This document shows, one piece after another, positions 18,446 to 28,588 of a stretch of DNA of 64,000 nucleotides. The stretch is taken from the IMG/VR virus record IMGVR_UViG_3300029305_002311, one strand, 5' to 3'. Numbering within the stretch: the stretch's first letter is position 1; every line of letters begins with the position of its first letter. The notes under the pieces are model-generated. The model made no database searches and had not been told where the DNA came from. It saw only the letters and a program-made list of their open reading frames with translations. The stretch is from a virus. A program made the position numbers and the translations under genes.

Positions 18446-20405
18446 TTATACTCCTGGAACCCATCCTTTATCTATTAAATTCTGGTAGTTAGGTAGGTTC
18501 TTACATATATTTATTTGTGCATTAGTAAATCCTACGTTTCTTAAGTTCATATTACTTGTAGAAGTAACATTTGAATTTACATACATTGCTAATATATTAT
18601 CTAAACTTTGATTACTTAGTTTAGTACAGTTACTCCACATGTGATATGTAACATTCATTTTTGGAGTATACATATAAGGAACATCAACTAAATTAACGCA
18701 TCCTCTGCAAAAGTCATAAAAGTTATTTACTTGTGTTATTGAAATAAACTCTGGCAAAGAAGTTAGATTCTTACAGTTTAAGAAAGTACCAGATAAGTTA
18801 TTAGCATTAGGTAAATAATAGCCAACTGCAGTAACTAAGTTTGTGCAACCATTAAACATACAACGTAAGCTTTTTGCATTCCTTAGATTCCATTCTGGTG
18901 CCTCTCGTAAATTAGTACAATTAGTAAAGCATCCATCTAGCCAAACTACATTGCAAGTATTCCAATTAGGCGCTGATTGTAGTTTAGTGCATCCATTAAA
19001 AGTGTACTGCATTCCAGTTACTTTACCAGTATTCCAGTTAGGTGCAGTAACTAAGTTGTTGCAGTTTATAAAAGTATTGCTTATAGAGGTAGCATTAGCT
19101 GTATTCCAGTCAGCTACATATGTTAATCTGTAACAATATTGAAAAGAGTTATTGAAGTCTGTTATGTTCTCTACAGGTAAATTAGGAACTGTTTGTAGAT
19201 TACTACAGCTAGCAAAAGTTCCATATAATCCTTTAATATTAGGAAAATACCAGTCATTAGGGTCAATAGTTGTAAGACCGGTACTTGCAAAAGCATTCAT
19301 TAGACTAGTGGCTTTTACAAAATTTCTATTAGGTATTCTAGTTAAATTACTACAATATGTAAATGAGTTTAGCATATTTAATACATTGCCACCGTCAAAC
19401 TCTGGAGCTTCTTTAAGATTATAGCATCCAGAAAAACATTGTCCGATAGTGTTAGCTTTTTTAATGTTAAAGTTATTTACCTTTTCTAACTTCTGACATC
19501 CGCATAAATATTCCTGTAGCATTTATTACATTAGAAAAATCAATACCATCTACTTCTGTTAATGATGTACAATATGCGAAAGAGTAAGGCATATTTTTTA
19601 TGTTTCTTGTATTCATGTTAGGAAGTCTTATTAGCATGTTGCATCCATAGAAAGTACTATTCATACTAGTAACAGTGCTTTTCCAATATAAATCAGGTAG
19701 TCTACGAAGTTGTTGACAATTACGAAAAGCATTATCTATATAATTGCAATTAGCTAAGTTTAGGCCTGCAATATATCTTAAATTTCTACAGTTATTAAAC
19801 ATACCACTTATACTAGAAAATTTACCAGTATTTAAATTAGGAATATATTGAATAGTTTGTTTATTTGCAAATGTAGTATATGATGGTTGAGTTATTCCAT
19901 CTGTATCTATCATATAGTCTAAAGTATCTAATCCTTGCTCACATATATGCATTATAGTTTGACCTGGGTCTTCAGTCATTGTGTTTGTTAACACATTTAT
20001 TTTTCCTGATACAACTCCATTATTTCCTAAATATACTGCATTTGTAAAACCATGCCAGCTTTCAGCTTCTATTCCAGTCACTACTGGAGTCCAAGCTGAG
20101 TTTTCATATCTAAAAGTTCCATTAAATATAGAGTTATCCAGAGAGTATACCATAGCTACGTCTCCATCATTTGGAGATTCTACAGAGTATAGTTCATCTA
20201 AAGAAGAGAACATCATTATCTCTCCTTCAGCCACACTACCTCCTCCTGTCTGTATATTCTCTATCTTAGCTATATAACTTCTAAATGGGTCATTATCATT
20301 TACAATTTGGCCTTTTTCATTAATAGCATCTCTTATGCAACTCTTAGTTTCATTTAAATAATCCAAGTTATCAACTAAATCTTGTATGTTATACTCATAA
20401 GACAT
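18446..20405 (-). CDS. BspA-like LRR tail fibre/adhesin, ~652 aa if +1 recoded at CGG (19500-19502); split in track
   Basis: Junction reads NATGIFM-GCQKLEKVNNF after +1; fibre N-terminal module at 5' end. Confidence 0.85.
19497..19505 (-). promoter_or_regulatory. Putative +1 recoding site ATG-CGG-ATG
   Basis: In-frame CGG at 19502-19500; skipping C19502 joins ORF 18446..19522. Confidence 0.75.
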
Positions 20406-20422
20406 TCTTATTCTCCTTCCTA

Positions 20423-22309
20423 TTAGTAGCTCCAACCCGCTGCATCTAATTCTTCTAATCTATTTTCAAATCTATAAAAACTTATGTTTGTGTTGTTAAA
20501 TGGACTAAATGAATTCATATTGCTTAAATTTTTAGCTGTTCCTGCTACTATGCTGTTAAGTGCCATATTTACTATATTCTGTATAGCTGCATCAGATAAG
20601 TTATTGCATCCCATAAACATTTTATCTAGTCTATTTGTATTAGAAGTATTAAATTGTTGTACATCAGTTAACTTAAAACAATTTAAAAACATATATGACA
20701 TATTATCAGCATTAGCTGTGTTTATTTCAGATATAGACGTTAAATTAGGACAAGTGTGGAACATACTTTGAACATTTGTAAGTTTATTTGCATTAATTAA
20801 GTTTATATTTGATAAATTATTACAATATTGAAATATTCTATAAGCATTTTCTACTGAAGAAAAATCAAGCGGCTCTAGAGTATGAAGATTTCTAAATCCA
20901 ACAAATAAATTAGCTACATTTACTATATTTCCTGTGTTAGTTATCTTTAAATAATTAGCATCATTCTTATAAGAAGTTATGAAGCTTAGAATTTCTTTAA
21001 GTGAAGTTGCTTCAATAACATCTTCTTCAGCTAAATCAAAATTAGTTAATGTTGAATTTGAGATAGTGTTAACTGCAATTGAATATGTTGGTAAGTTATA
21101 ATCAATAACTATAGGTACATTCCATCCATTAATAACTGCTTTAGAAGCTGCCATCGAAGGTATATTAGATATTTGAGATTCAGTCAATCCATAATAATTT
21201 AAAGTGTTTATTCCAAGGCTTGCAGCAGTTGTCTCTTCATAGCATGGTAAAAAATCAACTATGTTAGATAATGACTCTCTAGTAAGACTCGGACAGTTTA
21301 AAAACATCTCTTCGTGTCTGTAAATTTGAGTTCTATTTAGAGTAGCAGCTCTTATTGTGCCTACATGCTCTAAATTTATACAATTATGAAACATTCTGTA
21401 AAAACTTCTAGCTGCAAATGAAGATACTATACCTCCATTTGCATAAGCGCTCCCTCCAATACCACCCGTATATGATTTTAAATTGGTACAATTTTCAAAC
21501 ATGTGCTCTGCATTTCTTATAAGAGCCATGCTATAAGTATAGCCTGTGAGATTACTACAATTATAAAATGCATAGTCCGCATTATATACACTAGTTAAAT
21601 TTACAGCTACAGTCATATTGCTACAATTGTAGCAAATATAGTCTGCTTCTCTTATAGTATTTAAGTTAGTGGTGTGTGGGTATAATAAATTTACAGCATT
21701 ATAAAACATATGTGATGCATTAGTTATTTTCTTATTATTAAAAGTCATCAATCCTGGTACAAATTCTCTTCTATAATTAGCAAATAAGTTTGCAACAGTA
21801 GTTAAGTTAAGCACATTCAACTTAGAAAAGTATGCATTATGAACATTATTTATATCATTTACATATGTATTTACAGACCCAGTATATAATATCTGTGTGT
21901 TAGCAGTTCCAGTAGATATACCATTAGGCCCATAGTATTCTATACCTGAAAGTATTAAAGAATCAGTAGCATCAAATTGAGTAGGCGCTGGTTCCCATTT
22001 ACTCTCATTATATCTATAAACTCCATAAAAAGCTGGAGTTTCCATATCAAAGACTAAAGCTATATCATCCACTTTTGGAGTAGTGAAATTATTCATTTCT
22101 TCTATCGAATTAAAGTGTTTAGCGGAAGCATTAGCATAGCCACCGCCTCCACCAGATTGTATATTTGATATTTTAATTGCGTAGCTTCTAAAAGTATCAT
22201 TATCTGATATTTCCTGTCCCTTGTTTTCTATAGCTTGTCTCATTAAGTTCTTAGTTTCATTTAGATAATCTAAATTATCAAATAAATTTTGAGGTGTATT
22301 AGTAGACAT
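20423..22309 (-). CDS. BspA-like LRR tail fibre/adhesin (uninterrupted)
   Basis: N-terminal module TPQNLFDNLDYLNETKNLMRQAI; LRR units; C-term SFYRFENRLEELDAAGWSY. Confidence 0.85.
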   Translation of the reverse strand: MSTNTPQNLFDNLDYLNETKNLMRQAIENKGQEISDNDTFRSYAIKISNIQSGGGGGYANASAKHFNSIEEMNNFTTPKVDDIALVFDMETPAFYGVYRYNESKWEPAPTQFDATDSLILSGIEYYGPNGISTGTANTQILYTGSVNTYVNDINNVHNAYFSKLNVLNLTTVANLFANYRREFVPGLMTFNNKKITNASHMFYNAVNLLYPHTTNLNTIREADYICYNCSNMTVAVNLTSVYNADYAFYNCSNLTGYTYSMALIRNAEHMFENCTNLKSYTGGIGGSAYANGGIVSSFAARSFYRMFHNCINLEHVGTIRAATLNRTQIYRHEEMFLNCPSLTRESLSNIVDFLPCYEETTAASLGINTLNYYGLTESQISNIPSMAASKAVINGWNVPIVIDYNLPTYSIAVNTISNSTLTNFDLAEEDVIEATSLKEILSFITSYKNDANYLKITNTGNIVNVANLFVGFRNLHTLEPLDFSSVENAYRIFQYCNNLSNINLINANKLTNVQSMFHTCPNLTSISEINTANADNMSYMFLNCFKLTDVQQFNTSNTNRLDKMFMGCNNLSDAAIQNIVNMALNSIVAGTAKNLSNMNSFSPFNNTNISFYRFENRLEELDAAGWSY

Positions 22310-22322
22310 TTAGTCCTCCTCT

Positions 22323-23363
22323 CTATAGTTGCTCAGCTATTGTCTGTACACTCCTCTCTATATCTTCATAAGTCTTCTCATTTACTGGTTTACTAAACAT
22401 TAATTCTATAAATTGCTCCAAAGTTTGTTTGAATATTATTCCTTGCAAATGAGCTCCTTTTGAATTGTAAGAATTAGTGTACATGTTCTTGTAATCATCC
22501 TTAGAAATAAATTCTTGTATTTGTTTATAATAATCATAGTAGAACTTTCTAGAAAGCTCCTCAATGGCTTCTAGTGTTTCTGGAGGTACTTCTTTTGCTA
22601 AGGCTACATTGTAATATATAAAACAGCTAAATGCTGTTTCTAATGCAGCAGGCGCAATATTTTTAAGAGGAACTCCCTCTCTTTGAGCTACATTATATGC
22701 ATGATGTAGATTATAAATATAACCAGGAGTACAGATTCCGAATTCATATTCATCTTTCCCTCTTCTAGTTATAGATGCTTCATTATAATGCCATTCGTAT
22801 GTAGCTGCATGTAGTACTTTTCCTCCATCTGGTCCCATTTCATTTTGTGCAATTAGATTACACATGTTATTGAATCCAACATCTTCATTACTTCTTGTTG
22901 GAGTAAATCTAATATTGTGTTCATCTAAAAAGCTTCTTCTATAAATATGTCCAAACACCCAAACTAGATTTGCTTGCATAGGAGCTTGCTCACAATTCTT
23001 TCCAATTTGAATAAATGGACTAATTATAAATTTAGCTGAAGTATCTTTCATAGGTTTAGATAATAGTGTTAGAGAACAAGCCTCATAAAAGGTATCATCT
23101 GCATCTATAAAAGTTATAAAGTCCTCTTTAGTGTTGTCTATTCCGTATTGTCTAGCATACCCAGGACCTCTGTTAGTTTCATACCCTACTTCTTTAATAT
23201 CTAGAAAAGGTAGAAACTGGTTAACTATTTCTTTATAGTCTTTTCCTCCATCATTTACTATAGTTACCTTTAGTTCTTTTCTGTTTAACTGCATTGCTAT
23301 GCTGCTTAATGTTCTAATAATAGTGTCATGTGAATTATAAGCTGGAATTATTACATCAATCAT
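22323..23363 (-). CDS. Family 2 (GT-A) glycosyltransferase
   Basis: IDVIIPAYNSHDTIIRTLSSI...TIVNDGGKD...NRGPGYARQYGI...ITFIDADDTF. Confidence 0.9.
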   Translation of the reverse strand: MIDVIIPAYNSHDTIIRTLSSIAMQLNRKELKVTIVNDGGKDYKEIVNQFLPFLDIKEVGYETNRGPGYARQYGIDNTKEDFITFIDADDTFYEACSLTLLSKPMKDTSAKFIISPFIQIGKNCEQAPMQANLVWVFGHIYRRSFLDEHNIRFTPTRSNEDVGFNNMCNLIAQNEMGPDGGKVLHAATYEWHYNEASITRRGKDEYEFGICTPGYIYNLHHAYNVAQREGVPLKNIAPAALETAFSCFIYYNVALAKEVPPETLEAIEELSRKFYYDYYKQIQEFISKDDYKNMYTNSYNSKGAHLQGIIFKQTLEQFIELMFSKPVNEKTYEDIERSVQTIAEQL

Positions 23364-23410
23364 TACTATCAACTCTCCTTTTAAAATATTCTCCTATTAA
23401 AATATATAAA

Positions 23411-23440
23411 AAGAGAGCAAACTGACTTGTCTGCTCTCTT
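23411..23440 (-). terminator. Intrinsic terminator/attenuator
   Basis: AAGAGAGCA...TTTGCTCTCTT followed by TTTATATATTT on minus. Confidence 0.75.
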
Positions 23441-23457
23441 AATTTACTTTACTCTAT

Positions 23458-25525
23458 TTAATATACCCAACCAGCTTCAGTAAGTTCAGTCAATCTATTA
23501 GAGTAGTAAGTTGATTTAAACTTAGTTCCATATAGAGGACTATATGCATTTGCGTTACTTAAATTCATCCTTGTTGTAGATGTTATATTGCTATTTAATA
23601 TCATGTTAACTATATTTTGAATTGACGCATTTGTTAAAGAATTACACTTATAGAACATGTTTTGCATATTAATGCAGCTACTAGCATTAAAATCAGGTAC
23701 ATTCTTTAAAGCTGTGCAATTAAAGAACATTTGTGACATATTGTTTACTAAGTGTAAATTGTAAGCTGGTACATCAGTTATTTTATTGCATTGGTAAAAC
23801 ATTCTATTAGCAGTTTTTACATTCTCTAAGTTGAAATAAGGTACAGATGTTAAATTAAAACAGTTGCCGAAAGTACCTACTGTGTTAGATATATTTAATG
23901 ATAAATCGAACTCTGGCACTGTAGTTATCTTAGTACCATAAAAAGCCTCTGCTATATTCGTACAGTTAGATAGATTGTAGTTAGGTACAGATGTTATATT
24001 TAAGTTCTGGAATGTTTTAGAAATACTAGTACAATTAGTTAGGTCAAACTCTGGTACTGTAGTTATATTCACACAGTTTTGCATTAACCCTTCTACGCTT
24101 ACTGCAGAAGAAGTATTAAAGTTAGGTATTGAAGTTAACGAAGTACAGTTGCAACATAAGTATGCCATGTTATGAGCATTAGCAGTATTAAAATTAGGCA
24201 TAGATGTCATTTTACAATTATATAACATATATACGAAGTGACCTACATTGCTAGTATCGAAATTAGGTATTGAGGTTAGTTTACCGCAATTATAGAGCAT
24301 TTGAGCTACGTTGTCTGCTTTAGAAGTATTAAAGTTTGGAACTGAAGTAATGTTACCACAGTTGTAGAGTAGACTAGCCATATTTACGCAATTGACAGTG
24401 TTAAAATTAGGTATCGAAGTTAGCTTAGTACAATGGCTAAATGCACTGCACATACTCTCTACATTAGGAGTATTAAAATATGGCACTGAAGTTAGATTTC
24501 TACAATTATAAAGCATATAAGACATATTAGTTACTTTCTCCATACTATAATTAGGAACTGAAGTAATATTACCACAGTTGTAGTACATATAGTATGTATT
24601 CTCTAAATTAGAAGAATCAAAGTCTATACCTGAAGTTAGAGTAGTACAGTTTTGATAAGTCTTAGCGGTGCTCACACACCCATTTATATCTACAGTTGGA
24701 ACTGTAGTAAAGTCTTTCACATTATAAAATAAATTATAAGCATTCATTACTTGTAAATTCTTATATGAATTATATAAATTAAATCTTAACTTTGCTTGTT
24801 CTGCATTAAGATTTGTAGTTTGAGCTAAAGTTCCTTTTTCTACTCCATTAACTCCTAAGAAAGTAGTATTTAGCACATCATCTGCTTTTGTATCAAATTG
24901 TGTTTCTGGTATTACCCATTCTCCATTTGTATATCTATAAAGTCCTAAAAAATGGTCTACATAAACTTTAGCAAAATTAAATACAGGGCTATCTTCATAA
25001 CTAGCAGAAGTACTAAATTCTCCACCTAAGTCAATAGTAACACCTTCTTCATGACTAGTTAGAGTGTATGTAATACCATCTGTTGAAGAGTATACTACTA
25101 TCTGTTCTGTTGAAGTATAATTTCCATCCTCATCTCTTAGTCTTTTGTAAAGTCTAAAGTATGTAGGGTATAGCATCATAGAATAGTATACTTCTGTTGT
25201 AGGAAGTAATGCTACAGAATAGTTAGTATCTATAGCCTTATCTAGTGTCACTTGGTAAGGGAAAGTGATTGTAGTAGTTTTTTGTCCGCGCTTTTAAATT
25301 AGTTAGGTCATTCTTAAATACTATAGCTGAGTCTCCTTCCTCATTTCCAGTAGAATCTTGCATCTGTTGGACTGAAGAAAACATTCTAAAATCTTCTGTA
25401 AATTCACCACCTTTTAATAGACCTTCTATGCTAAAGGCAGTAACTCCATCTTTTAAATTTTCTGGTGTTATTTTAGTTACTCTTTCTTGTAGTATTTGAT
25501 TTGCTTTTTCTAAAAGTGTTGCCAT
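23458..25525 (-). CDS. BspA-like LRR tail fibre/adhesin, ~688 aa if +1 recoded at CGG (25286-25288); split in track
   Basis: N-terminal ITPENLKDGVTAFSIEGLL module in 25238..25525; LRR domain in 23458..25251; junction NLKA-GQKTTTITFPYQVTLDKA. Confidence 0.85.
25283..25291 (-). promoter_or_regulatory. Putative +1 recoding site GCG-CGG-ACA
   Basis: In-frame CGG; skipping C25288 joins downstream frame. Confidence 0.7.
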
Positions 25526-25998
25526 TAGTTATTTACCTCCTTCTCCTTAAATTCTTTCTCTATTTGAGCAAGTCTTTTCTTTATCATGCTGGACATCATA
25601 CTGTTATCATTTAACTTAGGAGAATATTCAATCTTTATATCATTTTCTTTAACTTTTAAAAATTTGTCTATACATTTATTTAAGTCTATAACAATCTCTT
25701 TCTCTGATTCATTATAGTCTTTATCATCTGGATTTTTATGATATATCTGTAAATTTGGTATTTTTGATATTATTTCAGTATTTATTGTAAGTCTAGTCAT
25801 ATTATTATTTGTATTAAAATTCATATAATCTGGTATTATGGTACAACAAATTAACCCGTGCTCATTCGCTCTTAACTCATTTGATAACTCTATGTTTTTA
25901 CATTTATCAGCTATAGTAAAATGATATATCAACTTCGGTATCTCTTTTACAGAGTCATCTTCTTTTAGGTACTTCATAAGTAAATCATTAAATTTCAT
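25525..25998 (-). CDS. Hypothetical protein, possible ADP-ribosyltransferase-like fold (LIYHFTIADKCKNIELSNELRANEHGLICCT)
   Basis: ORF with RBS; weak motif resemblance only. Confidence 0.35.
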   Translation of the reverse strand: MKFNDLLMKYLKEDDSVKEIPKLIYHFTIADKCKNIELSNELRANEHGLICCTIIPDYMNFNTNNNMTRLTINTEIISKIPNLQIYHKNPDDKDYNESEKEIVIDLNKCIDKFLKVKENDIKIEYSPKLNDNSMMSSMIKKRLAQIEKEFKEKEVNN

Positions 25999-26009
25999 TT
26001 CTTACCTCC

Positions 26010-28193
26010 TTAATATGACCAACCTGCCGCTGATAGTTCTGATAGTCTATTAGAATAATAGCTGCTGTTGAATTTAGTATTTGATAATGGACTATAATAA
26101 TTACCTACATTTAAATTAGTATAAGAAACTCCAGTAATACCACTATTTAAACACATGTTAATTATATTTTGTATAGATGCGTTAGTTAAATTATTGCATC
26201 TGCCTGCTATGCATGAAAGCCCATTATTTCCTATTAAAGATACATCTAACTGAGGTATATCTGTTAAATTTTCACATCCACTGCACATAAAGCTATAATC
26301 ATTAGATTTTAAATTAGGAACAGTTGTTAAATTAGTGCACATTTGGAAAGCTTGTTTTAAGCTTGGATTTGATGCAACGTTAAATTTAGGAACGGTTGTT
26401 AAATTAGTACAACCATAGAAAGCTCTACACATATTCGTGACTTTTGAGAAGTTATAGTTAGGTATTGAAGTTATATTAGTACAATCTTCAAATATACAAT
26501 GTGCAAAAGTTAAATTATTAAAGTTAAATTCTGGTAAAGATGTTACACTTGAACATTTTCTAAAAGCTCCAGCTGCATTAATAACTTGTTTAGTATCTAA
26601 ATTAGGAATAGATGTTAATTGAGTGCAATTATAGAACATATTTGTTATATCTACAGCTTTACTAGTGTTTAAGTTGCTTATTGCGTAAAGATTAGCTTGG
26701 TCTCTAAATAAAGAAGAAAAATTAGTTAAGCTACTTGTATTTACTAGTGAAGTTCCATCAAGTCTCACTGGAGCTATTCTCATGTTTGATGGCAATGTTT
26801 TATTATCATCAGTTAAAACTATATCTTCTAAATTAGAGTATGCAACCATAGATTTAGCAGTAACTTCTGCACTAAAGTCATTCATTTCAGTAGATACTTC
26901 TACTCCAAGAGTTCCTTCTTCTACTCCGTTTTTCCCATAAAATATTCCACCATAAACTATATCACTAGTTGCATTAAATTGTGTAGGTGCGAGTGTATAT
27001 AAGTACTCTTTTTTATAACATTCATTCACATTATATGGAGCTGCAGTTTCATTTTCATCTCCCTCAGCACCATTCCAAGTAGAGTAATAAGCATCTATAG
27101 TCATGGCAAGATGTCCTGCATCAGAAGTACTTGGGTAAAATCTAGGTGGGTATGATATTGGTAAAATATCTATAAGGTAATAAGTTCTAAAGTATGTTTT
27201 ATGTGATTTGCTAGAGTCTAGTGATAGAACTTCTTCTGTATAAGTCATATTGTCTAAATCTAAAGTAACCATTGATGGTGTTGTAGTTTTATAAATACAA
27301 AGACCTATAATATTTCCATTCATATCACCTGCTAAGCTAGCATTATTAAAGTTATTATTTCTATCTGGGTTTACTATAAAGAATACTTTACCTTCTGTAT
27401 TTAAATAAAGTCCTATATTATTTATACTATAAACACCATAGCCTTTGTCTATTTGATATTGATTAATTAAAGTATTTATTTTATTTAAATCATAGTGACC
27501 GGGTATGAAAGTTCCATCCCAGTTCCAGCTAGAAATAGCATCATTTTCAATATTAAATGTCATATTACGTAAGTCAGCAAATCTTATAAATTCTTTATTT
27601 AATATTTCTATTCTTTCATACAATCCTTCAAACTCTTTGGTTCCAGTTTTAATAAAGTAGCCGATAGCATCATTCCAGTATTCTGCATAATAGTAGTAAA
27701 TTTCAACACCAAAGTCTACTTCCTCTTCTCCTCCGTCTGTTCTTGAGTAATTGATACCATCTGAACTTTCATACTGAATCCTTATGTTACTAGAGTCTGT
27801 GTAACACTCCATCATAAATCTATTTGAGTCTAACTGACCCCAACATTCAAACATAATAGAAGAATCAACTGCTCTATACATTATCTCAATATAATCAGAT
27901 ACTGCAGTTGATAACTTTACAGTATTTGGGAAAATAGCTTTGCTAAATCTACTATTTACAGTAGCATTACCAGTTGCATCTTTGTATACTAAAGCTAAGT
28001 CTCCTACTTCAGCAGTAGTATCAGCATTCATTTCTTCTACTGTAGAGAATAATTTAACTCCCTCTGTTGCTGCTCCTGCTTCTAAAGCTCCCTCTATGTC
28101 AAATATCTTTATTCCCTTTTTAATGTTCTCTGGTATTATCTTCTCATTCTTTTCTTGTAGTATTTCATTCGATACTTCTAATATAGTTGACAT
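26010..28193 (-). CDS. BspA-like LRR tail fibre/adhesin with extra N-terminal domain
   Basis: KIIPENIKKGIKIFDIEGAL module; LRR units; SYYSNRLSELSAAGWSY terminus. Confidence 0.8.
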   Translation of the reverse strand: MSTILEVSNEILQEKNEKIIPENIKKGIKIFDIEGALEAGAATEGVKLFSTVEEMNADTTAEVGDLALVYKDATGNATVNSRFSKAIFPNTVKLSTAVSDYIEIMYRAVDSSIMFECWGQLDSNRFMMECYTDSSNIRIQYESSDGINYSRTDGGEEEVDFGVEIYYYYAEYWNDAIGYFIKTGTKEFEGLYERIEILNKEFIRFADLRNMTFNIENDAISSWNWDGTFIPGHYDLNKINTLINQYQIDKGYGVYSINNIGLYLNTEGKVFFIVNPDRNNNFNNASLAGDMNGNIIGLCIYKTTTPSMVTLDLDNMTYTEEVLSLDSSKSHKTYFRTYYLIDILPISYPPRFYPSTSDAGHLAMTIDAYYSTWNGAEGDENETAAPYNVNECYKKEYLYTLAPTQFNATSDIVYGGIFYGKNGVEEGTLGVEVSTEMNDFSAEVTAKSMVAYSNLEDIVLTDDNKTLPSNMRIAPVRLDGTSLVNTSSLTNFSSLFRDQANLYAISNLNTSKAVDITNMFYNCTQLTSIPNLDTKQVINAAGAFRKCSSVTSLPEFNFNNLTFAHCIFEDCTNITSIPNYNFSKVTNMCRAFYGCTNLTTVPKFNVASNPSLKQAFQMCTNLTTVPNLKSNDYSFMCSGCENLTDIPQLDVSLIGNNGLSCIAGRCNNLTNASIQNIINMCLNSGITGVSYTNLNVGNYYSPLSNTKFNSSYYSNRLSELSAAGWSY

Positions 28194-28194
28194 T

Positions 28195-28578
28195 CTATCC
28201 CTCCTCTCCATTCATTATATTATCTAAAATTGCTTCTACTTCTTCTTCAGTTCCACCAAGTCCTTCATACTCTTCGTTAGTTCTAAGAACTTGATTTAGA
28301 GCATTCATTGAAAGAACTCCCTCAGATGGAACTCCATATTCTATCCAAGCTCCATTAATAAATCTAAAAAGACCTTCAAATGAAGTGTTATATACTATTG
28401 CAAATGTTCTGTCTGGTAAATCTAAAGAAGCTTCCATCTCTTCTTTTGTATTAAATATTGTAGGAGCAGACCCAATTATATCAAATAATTGGATTCCTGC
28501 TTTAAAGTTTTCTGGTATTATCTTTTCATTCTTTTCTCGTAATATTCTATTAAGCTTTGTTTCTAATCCTGTAGCCAT
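28195..28578 (-). CDS. Short fibre paralog, N-terminal module (KIIPENFKAGIQLFDIIG) without LRR
   Basis: Similarity to start of the 26010 gene. Confidence 0.6.
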   Translation of the reverse strand: MATGLETKLNRILREKNEKIIPENFKAGIQLFDIIGSAPTIFNTKEEMEASLDLPDRTFAIVYNTSFEGLFRFINGAWIEYGVPSEGVLSMNALNQVLRTNEEYEGLGGTEEEVEAILDNIMNGEEG

Positions 28579-28588
28579 ATCATACCTC

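Noticed and set aside
14905-20405. Split LRR ORFs as simple pseudogene decay or random sequencing indels
   Set aside because: Four independent breaks share the same NNG-C-GGA context and one is in the baseplate hub gene; random errors would not converge. A context-specific systematic sequencing error remains possible and is flagged as the main alternative.
12683-28193. CRISPR-like or satellite DNA repeats
   Set aside because: The periodicity is ~70-75 nt coding periodicity from 23-24 aa LRR units, not conserved direct repeats with unique spacers.
12683-28193. Diversity-generating retroelement targeting fibre genes
   Set aside because: No reverse transcriptase, template repeat or accessory Avd gene seen in this window; it could exist outside but is unsupported here.
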